The translations under genes and the position numbers were made by a program. A stretch of 60,490 nt of DNA, filler included, from Jimgerdemannia flammicorona (Eukaryota): NCBI GenBank assembly GCA_003990765.1. It is 2 parts of 2 records of this genome, joined end to end, with 100 filler letters (N's around TTAATTAATTAA, not from the genome) between each part and the next. Parts side by side here need not be neighbours in the genome. Positions count along the whole stretch, not along the records: positions 30,337 to 60,490 come from RBNJ01000453.1; 1 more part is not named here. One strand, 5' to 3'. The notes below the pieces were generated by a model that was not told where the DNA came from, did no database searches, and was given only the letters and a program-made list of their open reading frames with translations. Each line of letters starts with the position of its first letter. Within the stretch, counting starts at the first letter, position 1. Below are positions 50,101 through 60,490 of the stretch, piece by piece.

Positions 50101-51899
50101 GGGAAAGTATATCAATATTGTTGTGGGCTTTCCCTGCTTTGTGAATGATGGTGATTTTGTAATCCTGAAAAATAAGGATCCAGCAGACTAGGATTCTGGT
50201 GGGTTCCTTGCAGTTGAATAACCATTTGAGGGCTGTATGGTCTGTGATCAGAGTGAACCTTTTTCTGATAAAGTAATGCTTGAATAGAGTGACTGCCCAT
50301 ATGACTGTGAGACATTCCAGTTTGGTGCTATCATAGTTCATCTGCTGCTGATTGGTAGCTCTGCTTGCATAAGCTATTATATAGTATTGTTGATCAGGTC
50401 CTTCTTGGGCTAGAACTGCTCTGAGACCATCTTTAGAAGTATCTGTATATAAGATGAATGGCTTCTATAGATTGGGGCACACAAGGAATGGTGCTATAGT
50501 CATACAGTTCTTGAGTTCTTTGAAGGCTTTTTCTTGTGATTCTGTCTATTTAAATGGTACTTCTTTCTTAAGAAGGGTCCAGATTGAGGTAGTGATTTGA
50601 GCAAAGTCCTTAATAAACCTTCTGTAATTGGATACTAGTATCAGAAATGATAGTGTTTCCTTTGAAGTCTTGGGTATTGGTCAATTGCTGATCTTCTCAG
50701 TTTTATTTGGATCTGTATGGGTTCCTTCTTTCAAAACTATGAATCCAAGGAATTTGAGTTTCTGTTTCTCAAAGTAGCATTTCTTTGCATTCAGCCTCAA
50801 GTAGTTCTTGTGAGTGAGCTTGAAGAATTTCTCTAGGTGGTGTTCTTCGAAATTTGCTGAATAGATGTTGGAATCATCCATATATACAATCAGGCAGTAG
50901 TGGATTAAGAGAGTATAGACTGAATTCATCATCCTCTGAAAGATGGGGAGTGCTTTGCAAAGTCCAAAGGGTATTTGGAGGTATTCAAACAGTTTTCCTA
51001 GAGCAAGGAAGGCTGTCTTTTGAATGTCTTTTGGGTCTATGGGAATTTCATGGAATCCCATAAAGAGGTCCATACTGCTGAAGTATCTGATATCTTATAA
51101 CTGATCCAAAAGGTCATCAATTCTGGGCAAAGGATAGGCATCCTTTTTGGTCACTGAATTGAGTTTCCTGTAATCCACACAGAGTCTCTATCCTCCTTTC
51201 TTTGGTACAATAAGTATAGGACTAGTCCAGGGGCTGGTAGAGGGTCGGATGACTCCATTGTCTAAGAGTTCTTAGATGTGCTCCTTTTTGAATGTTTTCA
51301 AGTAATGTGGTATTCTATAGGGTTTCTGCTGAATAGGTGTTGCATTTTTTATATTTATGCTATAGTGATATGATGGATTGTATGGCAGGTTATCATAATC
51401 AGTAGTGAAGATATCTTGATATTTGTTGAGAAGTTCTACTAGTTGTTATTATTGTTGAGGTGTCAATTCTTCTCCAATGTTGGTGGAAGGCTTCACTGTC
51501 TCCTGGGTCACAGAGGGGCCTTTCCTTTCTTCTGGGACCTTTTGCCATTTCCCGATAGGTTTAGTTCATAAACTTCTCTATGAGTTCAGTTGAGAAAAGA
51601 TACCAGATGTCCTATGATGGTTCCTTTTGGCAAGATGATGGTTTCCCAACTTTGGTTGGTTGCTCGAGAGTGTACTGAGTTCATCTTGTTAGGGAATGTG
51701 TGTCCTTCTATATCCAGAAGGGGAATATCTTCCTTGGGTTCAAAGAAAAGGTTTCTGGGATCAGGTTGTGCAAAGATTTCGAAGGTAGTTTGTTCTCCAG
51801 GCTCCAGGATCAGATTCTTGTACAGTCTGACTGGTTGTCAGTATACTTGCTGGGGAGCATTTCTTTTAAGGTGGTTGACTTGAATGAGATGTACTTCCT

Positions 51900-52300
51900 T
51901 CGTGTCTGAACTTCCAAATCCTTTGGCTTATCTTGTTCCTTCAATTAGTTCAGAGACTTCTTCCAATTGTGGAGTTTTGATCTTCATGAAGACTACTTGG
52001 ACAATCTTCTGTCCTCCAATGATTCAGTATCATTCTGTACTGCTGTTGTATAGGATGACCTTGATTTCACCTATATATCTTGGGTCAATAGTACCTCCTT
52101 CCACAGTTATTCCTTGTCTGGCAAGTCCAGACCAGTTGGATATAAGCTCCCTGAGGTAGCTGCATGGCTAATCCAGTTCTGATCATGAAGTTTTTTCCAG
52201 ACTTGATAGATTTGTCCTCTAGGCTGTGAAGATCATATCCTATATCCTCTGGGTGGGCTTTGGTTGGGGGTTTGGCCTTAGGGTGCAGCAGGGCATACTG
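51900..52300 (-). pseudogene. dUTPase domain between protease and RT
   Basis: DIGYDLHS, SGLA, GGTIDPRYIGE, GQKIVQV and R*AKGFGSS motifs. Confidence 0.9.
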
Positions 52301-53906
52301 GGCAATATCCTTACTGAGTTCAGGCTTTTCTAAGGCTGAGGCTCCACTAGCAGAAAGCCTCCAAGCTTTAAGGTTGAGATGTGGCCATCTGGCTCCCATA
52401 GAGGGGTCTCAGAGATAGTTAATTCTCCTTCTTCCTGTAGGATCAAGGGCTTCCATGAAGTTGGTGGTATCTTCTGCCCATTCTTGGTGGGTTGCATGTC
52501 TGATGAGAGCTAGGATATCTTCTTCTAAATTGTAGATCTTGAGGATTCTTTTTTCTGACTTTTTGATCTGGCTTTTTCGGATCTAGCTTTTTCAGATCTG
52601 ACTTCAGTTATCTCCTCTCTTCAAAGTGTGAACTGCAACATCATAACTGAGATGGATCTTCTGATGCCTGCAGTCTTGGCAGTCTGGGTGTCTTCCATGG
52701 TTATAATATCCCATTGCTTGAAAGTGATGTTCCTGATTATTGATCTCTTGTTGTCTTGGGAATCAGTACCCATCTTGGTCATAGGTGGGTAGAAGAGTAG
52801 AGAAGGGATATATTTCCATCTGGGTGAAGAAGCCTTGTCCCCTAAATCAGCTTTGCAACTTAGTGGTGACTTCTTGAAAAGTAGTTGACTATGCAAGTAT
52901 ATTCAGGGGTTCTTATCTCTGGGGTCTCTGTATCTCCTATTGGTCTAGTAAGTGGTACTGATAGCAGTAGTCTCAGGGAGAGTGGAAGACCATTTGGTGT
53001 AGACATCTTCCTAGCCAAAAAGCTTTTTCTTGGTGAGTTTCTTTCTTGGAGATGATGGTGATTATACTGGGTCCTTCTTCTGTATTCCAAGGGTCATTGT
53101 CTTCAGGTGGTATCTAGCAAGAATCATCCCAGGAGATGAGTTTGGGGACCTCTTCTTCTTCAGGTACTTCTTGTTCAGAAACTTCTTGGTCAGAAGTTTC
53201 CTCTTCCTCAGATGATTCTTGACCCCAAATTGCTTGTACTTCTGCAGCTTTGGTTGCAGGTGTTTCTGGAACATGTCTGCATTTCTTCTACTTCCTTCTG
53301 CACTCTGAGCAGACTGTGCCAGGCGATTTCCTTATTCCCATAATCTTGGAGAAATGCTCAAGACACTTATGTCTCTTGAGGCAGATAGGGCATTCTTTGA
53401 TTTCTCCTACAATGGCTCCAATGGTGATGGGGACAGTGTTCTTTGGCCCATACATTGTCCTCTAGTCTATCATCCACCAGGTTAATTTGGGGTTGAGTCT
53501 GGGATCATTTTCATCTACAGATTCTTCTTCCTCCTCTATGGTAGATTCTTCACTGCTGGCATATTCTTCCTGAATAGTGACCTTCTTCTTCTTCTTTGAT
53601 TGCTCATAGCTAGTCACCTTAACTCTATACTTCTTACCTCTGTAATCAAACTTGAGTACTTGTTGGCCAATATCAATGACTGCATTCATTTCCTTCATTC
53701 AGTTGGTACCAAGAATCATATCATTGATGACAGCTTTGGTGACAATAGCTTTGGAAATAGAGAACTGAATATATTTAAGGGAGCTAGTGATATTTCATAC
53801 TTCTCCAAGGGGTTGAGTTCAGGTGCCATTTGCTACTATGATGCTGAGGTTGGATGGTCCATCAATGGGCCATTGGAGGGTGTCTAGGAACTATTTGGCA
53901 ATAGTA

Positions 53907-56900
53907 CCATTCAGGTTACACAACCTTTGGAAGACACTTACAACATCATTTTTGGAGAAAAGAGGCTAACAACATGGTGACCAATAGGCAATCTGAGGGG
54001 CATACTGGGCAGGGTGGCCCAGGCACTTTCGAATGGCAGCAGGTGGAGAGGGGCCCGGGCCTGGGGGGGGGTATGAGGGGGCTGCTAGCGGGAGGATGTG
54101 GAAGAGGTGGAGGTATTGGTGGAGGACAAGGGTCTGGGAGAGCAAGCTTTGTGAAGATGGTGAAAGAGAGGCAGCAGGCATTAGGGCTGGAGGGCTGGCT
54201 GAGGAGGGGCAAGGAGACCGAGAAGGTGGTGATGTATGGGAGAGTAGCCCTTGGAGAGGGAGGCAGTGGAGCTGGGGGAGTAGTGGCTGGGGGAGTGTGA
54301 CTGCTGATGGTGATGGGACTGCTAAGCTGGAAAAAAATCCAGATGTGACGGCTGTTGGCAAGGCTGAGCAGCCGAGGCTTGAAAGACAAGGGGATTTGGC
54401 AGATGGCATGATGGGCCTAGTGGTGGCCCCATTACTCAAAAAATCGATCTCAGCATTCACAGTTATACTGTGCTTTCAGGGCTTAGTGGTGATGGCAAAA
54501 ATGGTGCTGGGGCTTATTGCTAAGCAGGTGGCAGGAGCTGTATCAGTAAAGTTTTTGAAGGGACTGGAGGGTGTAGAGGTGGGTTTTGAGGAGGCTGAGC
54601 TACTGGAGGAGGCATTGAAGATTGAGTTGGTGGTTGGGGAGGTATGTGTTCTGATGGCGAGGTGTCTGAAATGAGATCTGAGGGTGGTCCAACTGCTGGT
54701 AAAAGGAGTGCCCACGGTGACAGTGATGGAGACAAGAAATAGAGTTGAGGATGTTATGGCAGAGTATAGAGAGATGGTGGATATCAGATTCAGGGTCTGG
54801 GAATGGACCTCACTCAGGACTGGGGACATGGATGTGAGGATTCAGCTGGCTGGGAAAGAAGCTACTGGGAAGGCAAGAGACTGGCCTGTAGTGATGGTCT
54901 GGGGAGTGATCTTGTGCAAGGTGACAAGGGTGAAAGGAAGTGAAGAGGAGGAAGAGGATTTATTGGAAGTGCTGGAAGAATTGGATGGTGCTGTGGTGTG
55001 GTGAGCAAAGGCTTGGAAGGCTTTCATGGAGTCAATGTACCTGGAGGTAGTGGATGGAAAGAGGATTCGAGTGGACAAGGTGCAGTAGGAAAGGGCTCAG
55101 GGGCATAAGAGACAGAAGGATCTGCTGGCTAAACTGGGGAGCAGACTACAGGAGGATGTGAGCAGGATGATGGGTGTAGAAGGGGCCAAAGCAAGTATCT
55201 GGGCTAGCAAGAGGAGTGGGAATGCCGGGGAGGAGACAGGGAAGGTGAAGGAGGTAAAGATTATTGACCCATATACTGATGGCATCTTGGAGGTTTGGGA
55301 TGGGGTCTGGGAGGGTTCCCCCACTCCTTCTCCTCTTATCAGATGAGGCCCAGCTTCCAGAACCAAGATGGTGGAGGATGTGACAATGCTGGGGACCCAT
55401 TGGGTGAAATTCAGTATTCCAGAGGTGATGAATGGGGGACATGTGGTGGCGGCTGGGGAGGAGGAACTGGTGGATGTCCCGGAGGTGTGGGATGAGGCTA
55501 CAAGTGCTGGAGCCGACACCACAATACTGGATGGAGGGAGGCTGGTGACCTCTGGAGGGAAGGAGGTGGAGAACCTACTTTAGATATGCAGAATGATAAA
55601 TAACCTGGCAGCAGGAGAGTTGGGGGAGGTGGACTTGTGATTGATAGGTGATGAGCACTGGATACAGATTTTGCAGGGAGATGAAGTGATGATGGCACTG
55701 AAGGCAGAAATTTTTGCAGTGTATCTGGAGGAGGAAGGTTATGAGGTGGACAAGGAGTGGGAGGCAGAGATGACAGTTGTTGCTGGGGAGAGGGCTGAGT
55801 ACTGTTGGAACAAGTGTCATAGATTGCAGCTTTGGCAGGAGGCTTGCATTGAGTACTGGGAGGAGTTTGAGGAGAAGGCAGATGGGGAGATGAATGAGCT
55901 GCTGGCTGGATTGGAGGCTCAGAGGGCTGAAGAGGAGGAGGTGATGGCAGAACATAATCTTGATATGGCACAGGAGGAGATGAGCATGGAACAGTAGAGA
56001 TCAACTGATAACAATTCATATTTTATTATGAACAGTACAACTAACATTTTTTCTTTGAATATGAATGGGCTACAGGGCACTGTTAGACATAGGAACATTT
56101 TTATTTGGCTGAAGGGATTGGAGGCTGATCTCTTTCTCTTGCAGGATGTCAGGTGTGAGGATGACTCTGATAGGATGGAATAGACAAAGGAATAGGGTGG
56201 CATAGCAATTTGGAATGGCAAGTTTGGGATTCTGGTTTGGAAAGGCAGAGGGGAGATAAGGGATGTGAGGAGCTGGGGGAAGAGGCTGGTCTGGGGTGAA
56301 TGGATTCATACAGGCTGGGAGCCAGTTACCATTGGCTCCTGTTACTCCTCTGCCATAAGGGGGGAGCATGTAGATTAGGTGAAGGGTCTCCATGAGAGTG
56401 AGATACTGGTAGAGACTGGAGTGGATATGCTTGGGGGAGATTTCAATATTGTTCAGGATATGCAGATGGATAGAACTGATGGAGGATGGGGTGCTGAGAG
56501 TGGGAGTGGGGGGCTGGCGATGTGGGAGAAAGTCAAAAGACTGGGAGTGCTGGTAGATGCTGGTAGGGAGTACTGGGGGGATAGGAGGATATATACACAT
56601 TGGGCTGGAGGCCTGGAGACAAGGATCGACTGGATTCTGACAGCCGACTGTTGGGGCCGAGATGTTTAGAAGTTGCTAGAGGTGGAATGGTGTCCATGGT
56701 TGGATCACTGGGACCTTTTGGGACAGGGGTGCTTTGGGGGAAGTGGGGATGGGCCTGGACATTGGCATCTAAATTCCTCCTTACTAGATGATGAGTCCCA
56801 GTGGGAGGAGGGGCTAAGGACATTCAGCTGAAGGTGGAGACTTGGCAGCAGGAGGGTGCCTCAATTGGGGCTCAGTGGATGAGGATGAAAGAGATGGCCA

Positions 56901-59758
56901 GGATGTACTGGAGCGAGGCAGGCAAGGAGGCAGGGAAGCAGCAAAGGCAGAGAGTGCATTGGGCTTCTACAAGATTGGCTAGGCTTCTGGAGGAGAGGGT
57001 GAGACTGGCAATGGTGGAGAGAGAAGAAGATTGGAGAGTAATGAGGGCAAAGATGGAAGTTGGGGAACTACAACAGGTGCTGCAGGAAGAGGAAGAGACA
57101 AGGGTGCAAAGCTTAGTGGCACAGCTTCATTGGCAGAGGCTAGAGGAAGGGGAGAGACCTTCCAAGTTTCTTATGAGGACCCTTAGGGCAAGAAGGGTAC
57201 AGCAATGGTGAGAAGAGGTACTTGACTCAGATGGTATACTAGTGCATGGTGTACAGGATATTCTTGGATCACTGAAGGAGTGGTGGAGTAGATTGTGGAG
57301 TGAGGAGGAGGGTGGGGCAGATACTACTGCCATTGACTGAATATTGGAGAATTGGCACCCACCACAAGTTGTGGGACTAGGTGATCTGGTGATGCCTGTA
57401 AAAGAGGATGAGATCTGCCATATTCTTGCCATGACAGCCTCAGGTACAGCACCTGGGGAGGATGGCCTACCCTGGGACTTCTGGAAGCGAATGGTTGGAG
57501 TCCCAGATGTGATGGGAGAGTTGATGGCATTGTGTGACTCTATATTGCAGACAGAGAGATGGGTGGGAGAGCAGGATCTTAGGCTGGTGATGCTGCTTTA
57601 TAAGAACAAAGGAAGGTGAGAGGATTGGAAGAACTGGCAGCTGATAATGTTGCTAGATATGAACAGAAAGTTGGTGACTAAGGTGGTGGTTGCAAGGCTA
57701 CAGAAGATAGCCCAGCAAGTTGTGGGTATTGAGCAGAGGGGATTTGTGGGTGGTTGGCTCATTAGAGATAGTACAGCCTGGGTACATGGAGTTATTGAAG
57801 GGGCTAGAGCCTGTGGACTGGATGGGTGACTAGTCTTCTTGGACCAGGAGAAGGCTTATGACTGGGTATGATGAGTCTGGCTGGCAAAAGTATTGGATAG
57901 AATGGGAGTTCTGACCCAATTTCGGTCAGCAATGGTCAGCCTACTGGAAGGGAGTAAGGCTGCACTTCTGTGTAATAGACATAGAGGAGTAGTGTTCCCT
58001 CTAGATAGGGGGGTGCCCCAGGGGGACCCACTGTCCCCTATCTTGTATGCTCTTTCCCTGGAACCCCTGATGGACAGAATTAGGCAGAGGATAGTGCAGC
58101 TCTCTATCTATGGCATTGGGTGGAAAGTTGGGGCCTTTGCGGATGACATAGTGGTTGGTTTGGGATCAATTGCAGATGTTGAGGAGCTCAAGAAGACAGT
58201 GGAGTAGTATGAGGAGAACTCTGGGGTGAAGCTGAATTGGCACAAGTGTGAAACAATGGTGCTAGACAATGGCCTGGTGGGAGGAGAAGTTATAGGAACA
58301 ATTGTCCCCACCAGTGAGGCAGTGCAATACTTGGGCATCTATTTGTCAGTCTATGGGTCAGTTCTGCCCAGACTTTGGTGGGAGCAGTGAATTGGAATTT
58401 AGAAGGAGGATCTGTGGGGTTGGGGGGGAAGACACTTTTCTCTGGCACAACAGGTCTTGATTTTAAATGTATATTGGCTGCTGAAGCTGTGGTATTTGGC
58501 TTATCATCTGAACTTCCCAGTCTGAGTGGTGAAGAGATTGGTGAAGATAGCCAAGGGATGGATTTGGGCTGGCAGACAGAGCCAGATTGGTTGGGAGACC
58601 TTGTCCCTACCAGTGGCAAGAGGTGGTCTTGGGCTAGTGGACTTTCCCAAATGACTACACTGCTTGAGGACATGGTGGCTTAAGAGGGCAGTGGAGTTGT
58701 GAGGCAGAGGTTGGGTTCCCCTGCTGCAGAAGGTCTGGGAGAGGTGGATATCACCAAGAGGCTCAACTGGTGATCTTCTCTCATTGGTTGGACTTTGGAA
58801 CACTGCACAATTGAGATATAAAGGTTTCTGGTGGGGGATAGTAGAGGGGGCACACTGTATTGGTATTCATTAGCAGGGAAATGAGGGGGAGGAGGCTTAG
58901 GACCTGGCAATGTAGAGATGGAATGGCATACTGCTGGGTGGCATGCCTTTACTTGAGTTCAATGTTGGTGATGGTATAGAATACCAAAGGGGACCAGGCC
59001 AGGATCTGTGGCCTAGTGGTTGGCAAGGAGTTGGAATTGGAGAAGAGTGAGACTGGCATGGTATTTGGATCTAGAGTACCATAGTATACCAATGGATGCC
59101 ACCAAAGTACTGGGTGGTCTGGTGGCACATACTGAGGAGGAATGTAATGCTCAACTCCTGCTCAGGGCACCTTATCATAGGGGGTTGCTTCAACTATGAG
59201 GAGTGCCATAATGTAAGGCAGGAGGGGGGCTTTGTACAGATACCAGAACATTGGCTAGGAGAGTGCGAGGTGTTGGGAGACTTTTGGCAGGTCATCAGGG
59301 ACCACTTGGGGGTGAGGCATAGGAGAGTTGAAGTATTGGGGAGGTGGGAGGACATGAGGGATTGATTGGTAGGAGGGGTAGGAAAGGAGTGGATTACCTT
59401 AGGTTGGGCATTGGCTATTTGGATTGGGCTGGCCAGTCACTGGCTATTTGTTTTTGAGGATAGGAGGTGATAGAGCTTGGGGAGCCAGTTGTTGCAGTGG
59501 CAGAGACTTATGGAAGACACCTTGATAGGCTGGTGGCTTGATTGGGGGCTACAGGGGGGTCAAAGGCACCACTTGGTAGAGAAAATCTGTGAACAGAGTG
59601 GTGGGAGAGTTGGAGTTGTTAGTGAGAGGGTAATCTTTATTCATAAAGGGGTGGGAAGGGGCTCCCCTATGGGGATCAGATAGTGGGTGCTGATATTGTA
59701 TACTTATTCATAGACTGGTAATAAAGACAGAGTCCAAGAAAAAAAAAAAAAAAAAAAA
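53907..59758 (+). mobile_element. Full-length L1/Tx1-like LINE (copy 2), both ORFs decayed
   Basis: ORF1 from 53974 and ORF2 from 56028 (MNSTTNIFSLNMNGL); poly(A) 59739-59758; ~20-bp TSD ggaacYatttggYaataRta (53887-53906, 59759-59778). Confidence 0.93.
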
Positions 59759-60490
59759 GGAACCATTTGGTAATAATATAGACAGCTGCTCCTGTATCTA
59801 TAAGGATCTTCACCTTTTGTCCTCCAATATCTCCATGTAGGTAGGTGCTGATATGTCTTTCAGCTGCTTAGAGAGAGATGGGAACTGGTTCTTGCTGTGG
59901 GATTGAGACTCAGCCAGTGTTAGATCTGGTGGTTCTCAGCAATTTGTTTTGGACTTCAGCTGGTGTCAGTTGCAGGAACTGCAGGAGGGGGACTTCTATC
60001 TTGGCTTCTTGGATCTTCTATCAGACTTCATTGTAGATATCTCTAGGAATGGTCTTTTGGTTGTACTTTTTCTTGGGCTTTGGGGCAACAGGTTCTCATT
60101 CTTCATGTTCGATTTCTTCATTTTCTGGTGGCAACTCATTTGTCTTAGAGATAAAAGGTGAGGGGGTTCAGGGAGGTGTTTCTACTTATTCTTCCTCATG
60201 TTCTTCATCTTCTTCTTGGATAATTCTTCTGCTGATGTTCCTGGATGGCCTTTCCACAGGTCTCTTCCTTTTCTCTGCTGGGTAAACTGTTCTTTAGGAG
60301 GTAACCTTGGTAGGGTATAAGTCTAGGTCACTATAGTCTTTACTGTTACTTGCTTCCTCAAAATCTTCCACAGGATGGGCTTCAGTCTTATTGTACTGAG
60401 TGTCATTCCTTTGGTTTGGTGGTTCTGAGTCCCTTTGGTCACTTTTTCTGTTGTCACATTCAGTAGCATAGTATCTGAATTGTCTTTTTT

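Larger units (their letters stand above)
48010..60490 (-). mobile_element. Ty3/gypsy element (gag, PR, Cys-rich insert, dUTPase, RT, RH, IN; no chromodomain seen), interrupted in PR by LINE copy 2 and running off the window end
   Basis: PR LIDTGAAV (~59785-59805); RT YMDD (ORF 50681-51073); RH LECLTVIWAV; IN WGVDVIGPL and GPY. PPT agtggggactaa|TGTAAC at 48476. The left LTR boundary is approximate. Confidence 0.88.

Overview
Eukaryotic, transposon-dense DNA, most likely from an early-diverging fungus (Mucoromycota-like; inferred from a Crinkler N-terminal domain, a WD40+TRP-like channel gene and the TE repertoire). An artificial linker (44 N-TTAATTAATTAA-44 N, 30237-30336) splits the window, so the halves may not be contiguous. 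Most of the window is nested, CpG-depleted mobile DNA: two full-length L1/Tx1-like LINEs with TSDs plus fragments, three Ty3/gypsy elements (two with dUTPase, in different positions), a Ty1/copia relic, an apparently endonuclease-less Penelope-like element, a hAT transposase relic, two MITEs and a 1.2-kb poly(A)-tailed non-autonomous retroposon in two copies. Host-like CpG-rich sequence is confined to ~0.8-6 kb (frameshifted TRP-like gene) and ~34.8-44.7 kb (CRN fragment, TPR fragment, a 423-aa orphan ORF with an inverted pseudogene copy, a K48-less ubiquitin fusion gene). The best novel candidate is a spliced, LINE-disrupted gene (9880-17690, minus strand) whose last exon carries a TET/JBP-like 2OG-Fe(II) dioxygenase signature and which lies between a hAT transposase relic and a hAT-type terminus. 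All calls come from manual motif reading; no database searches were run.
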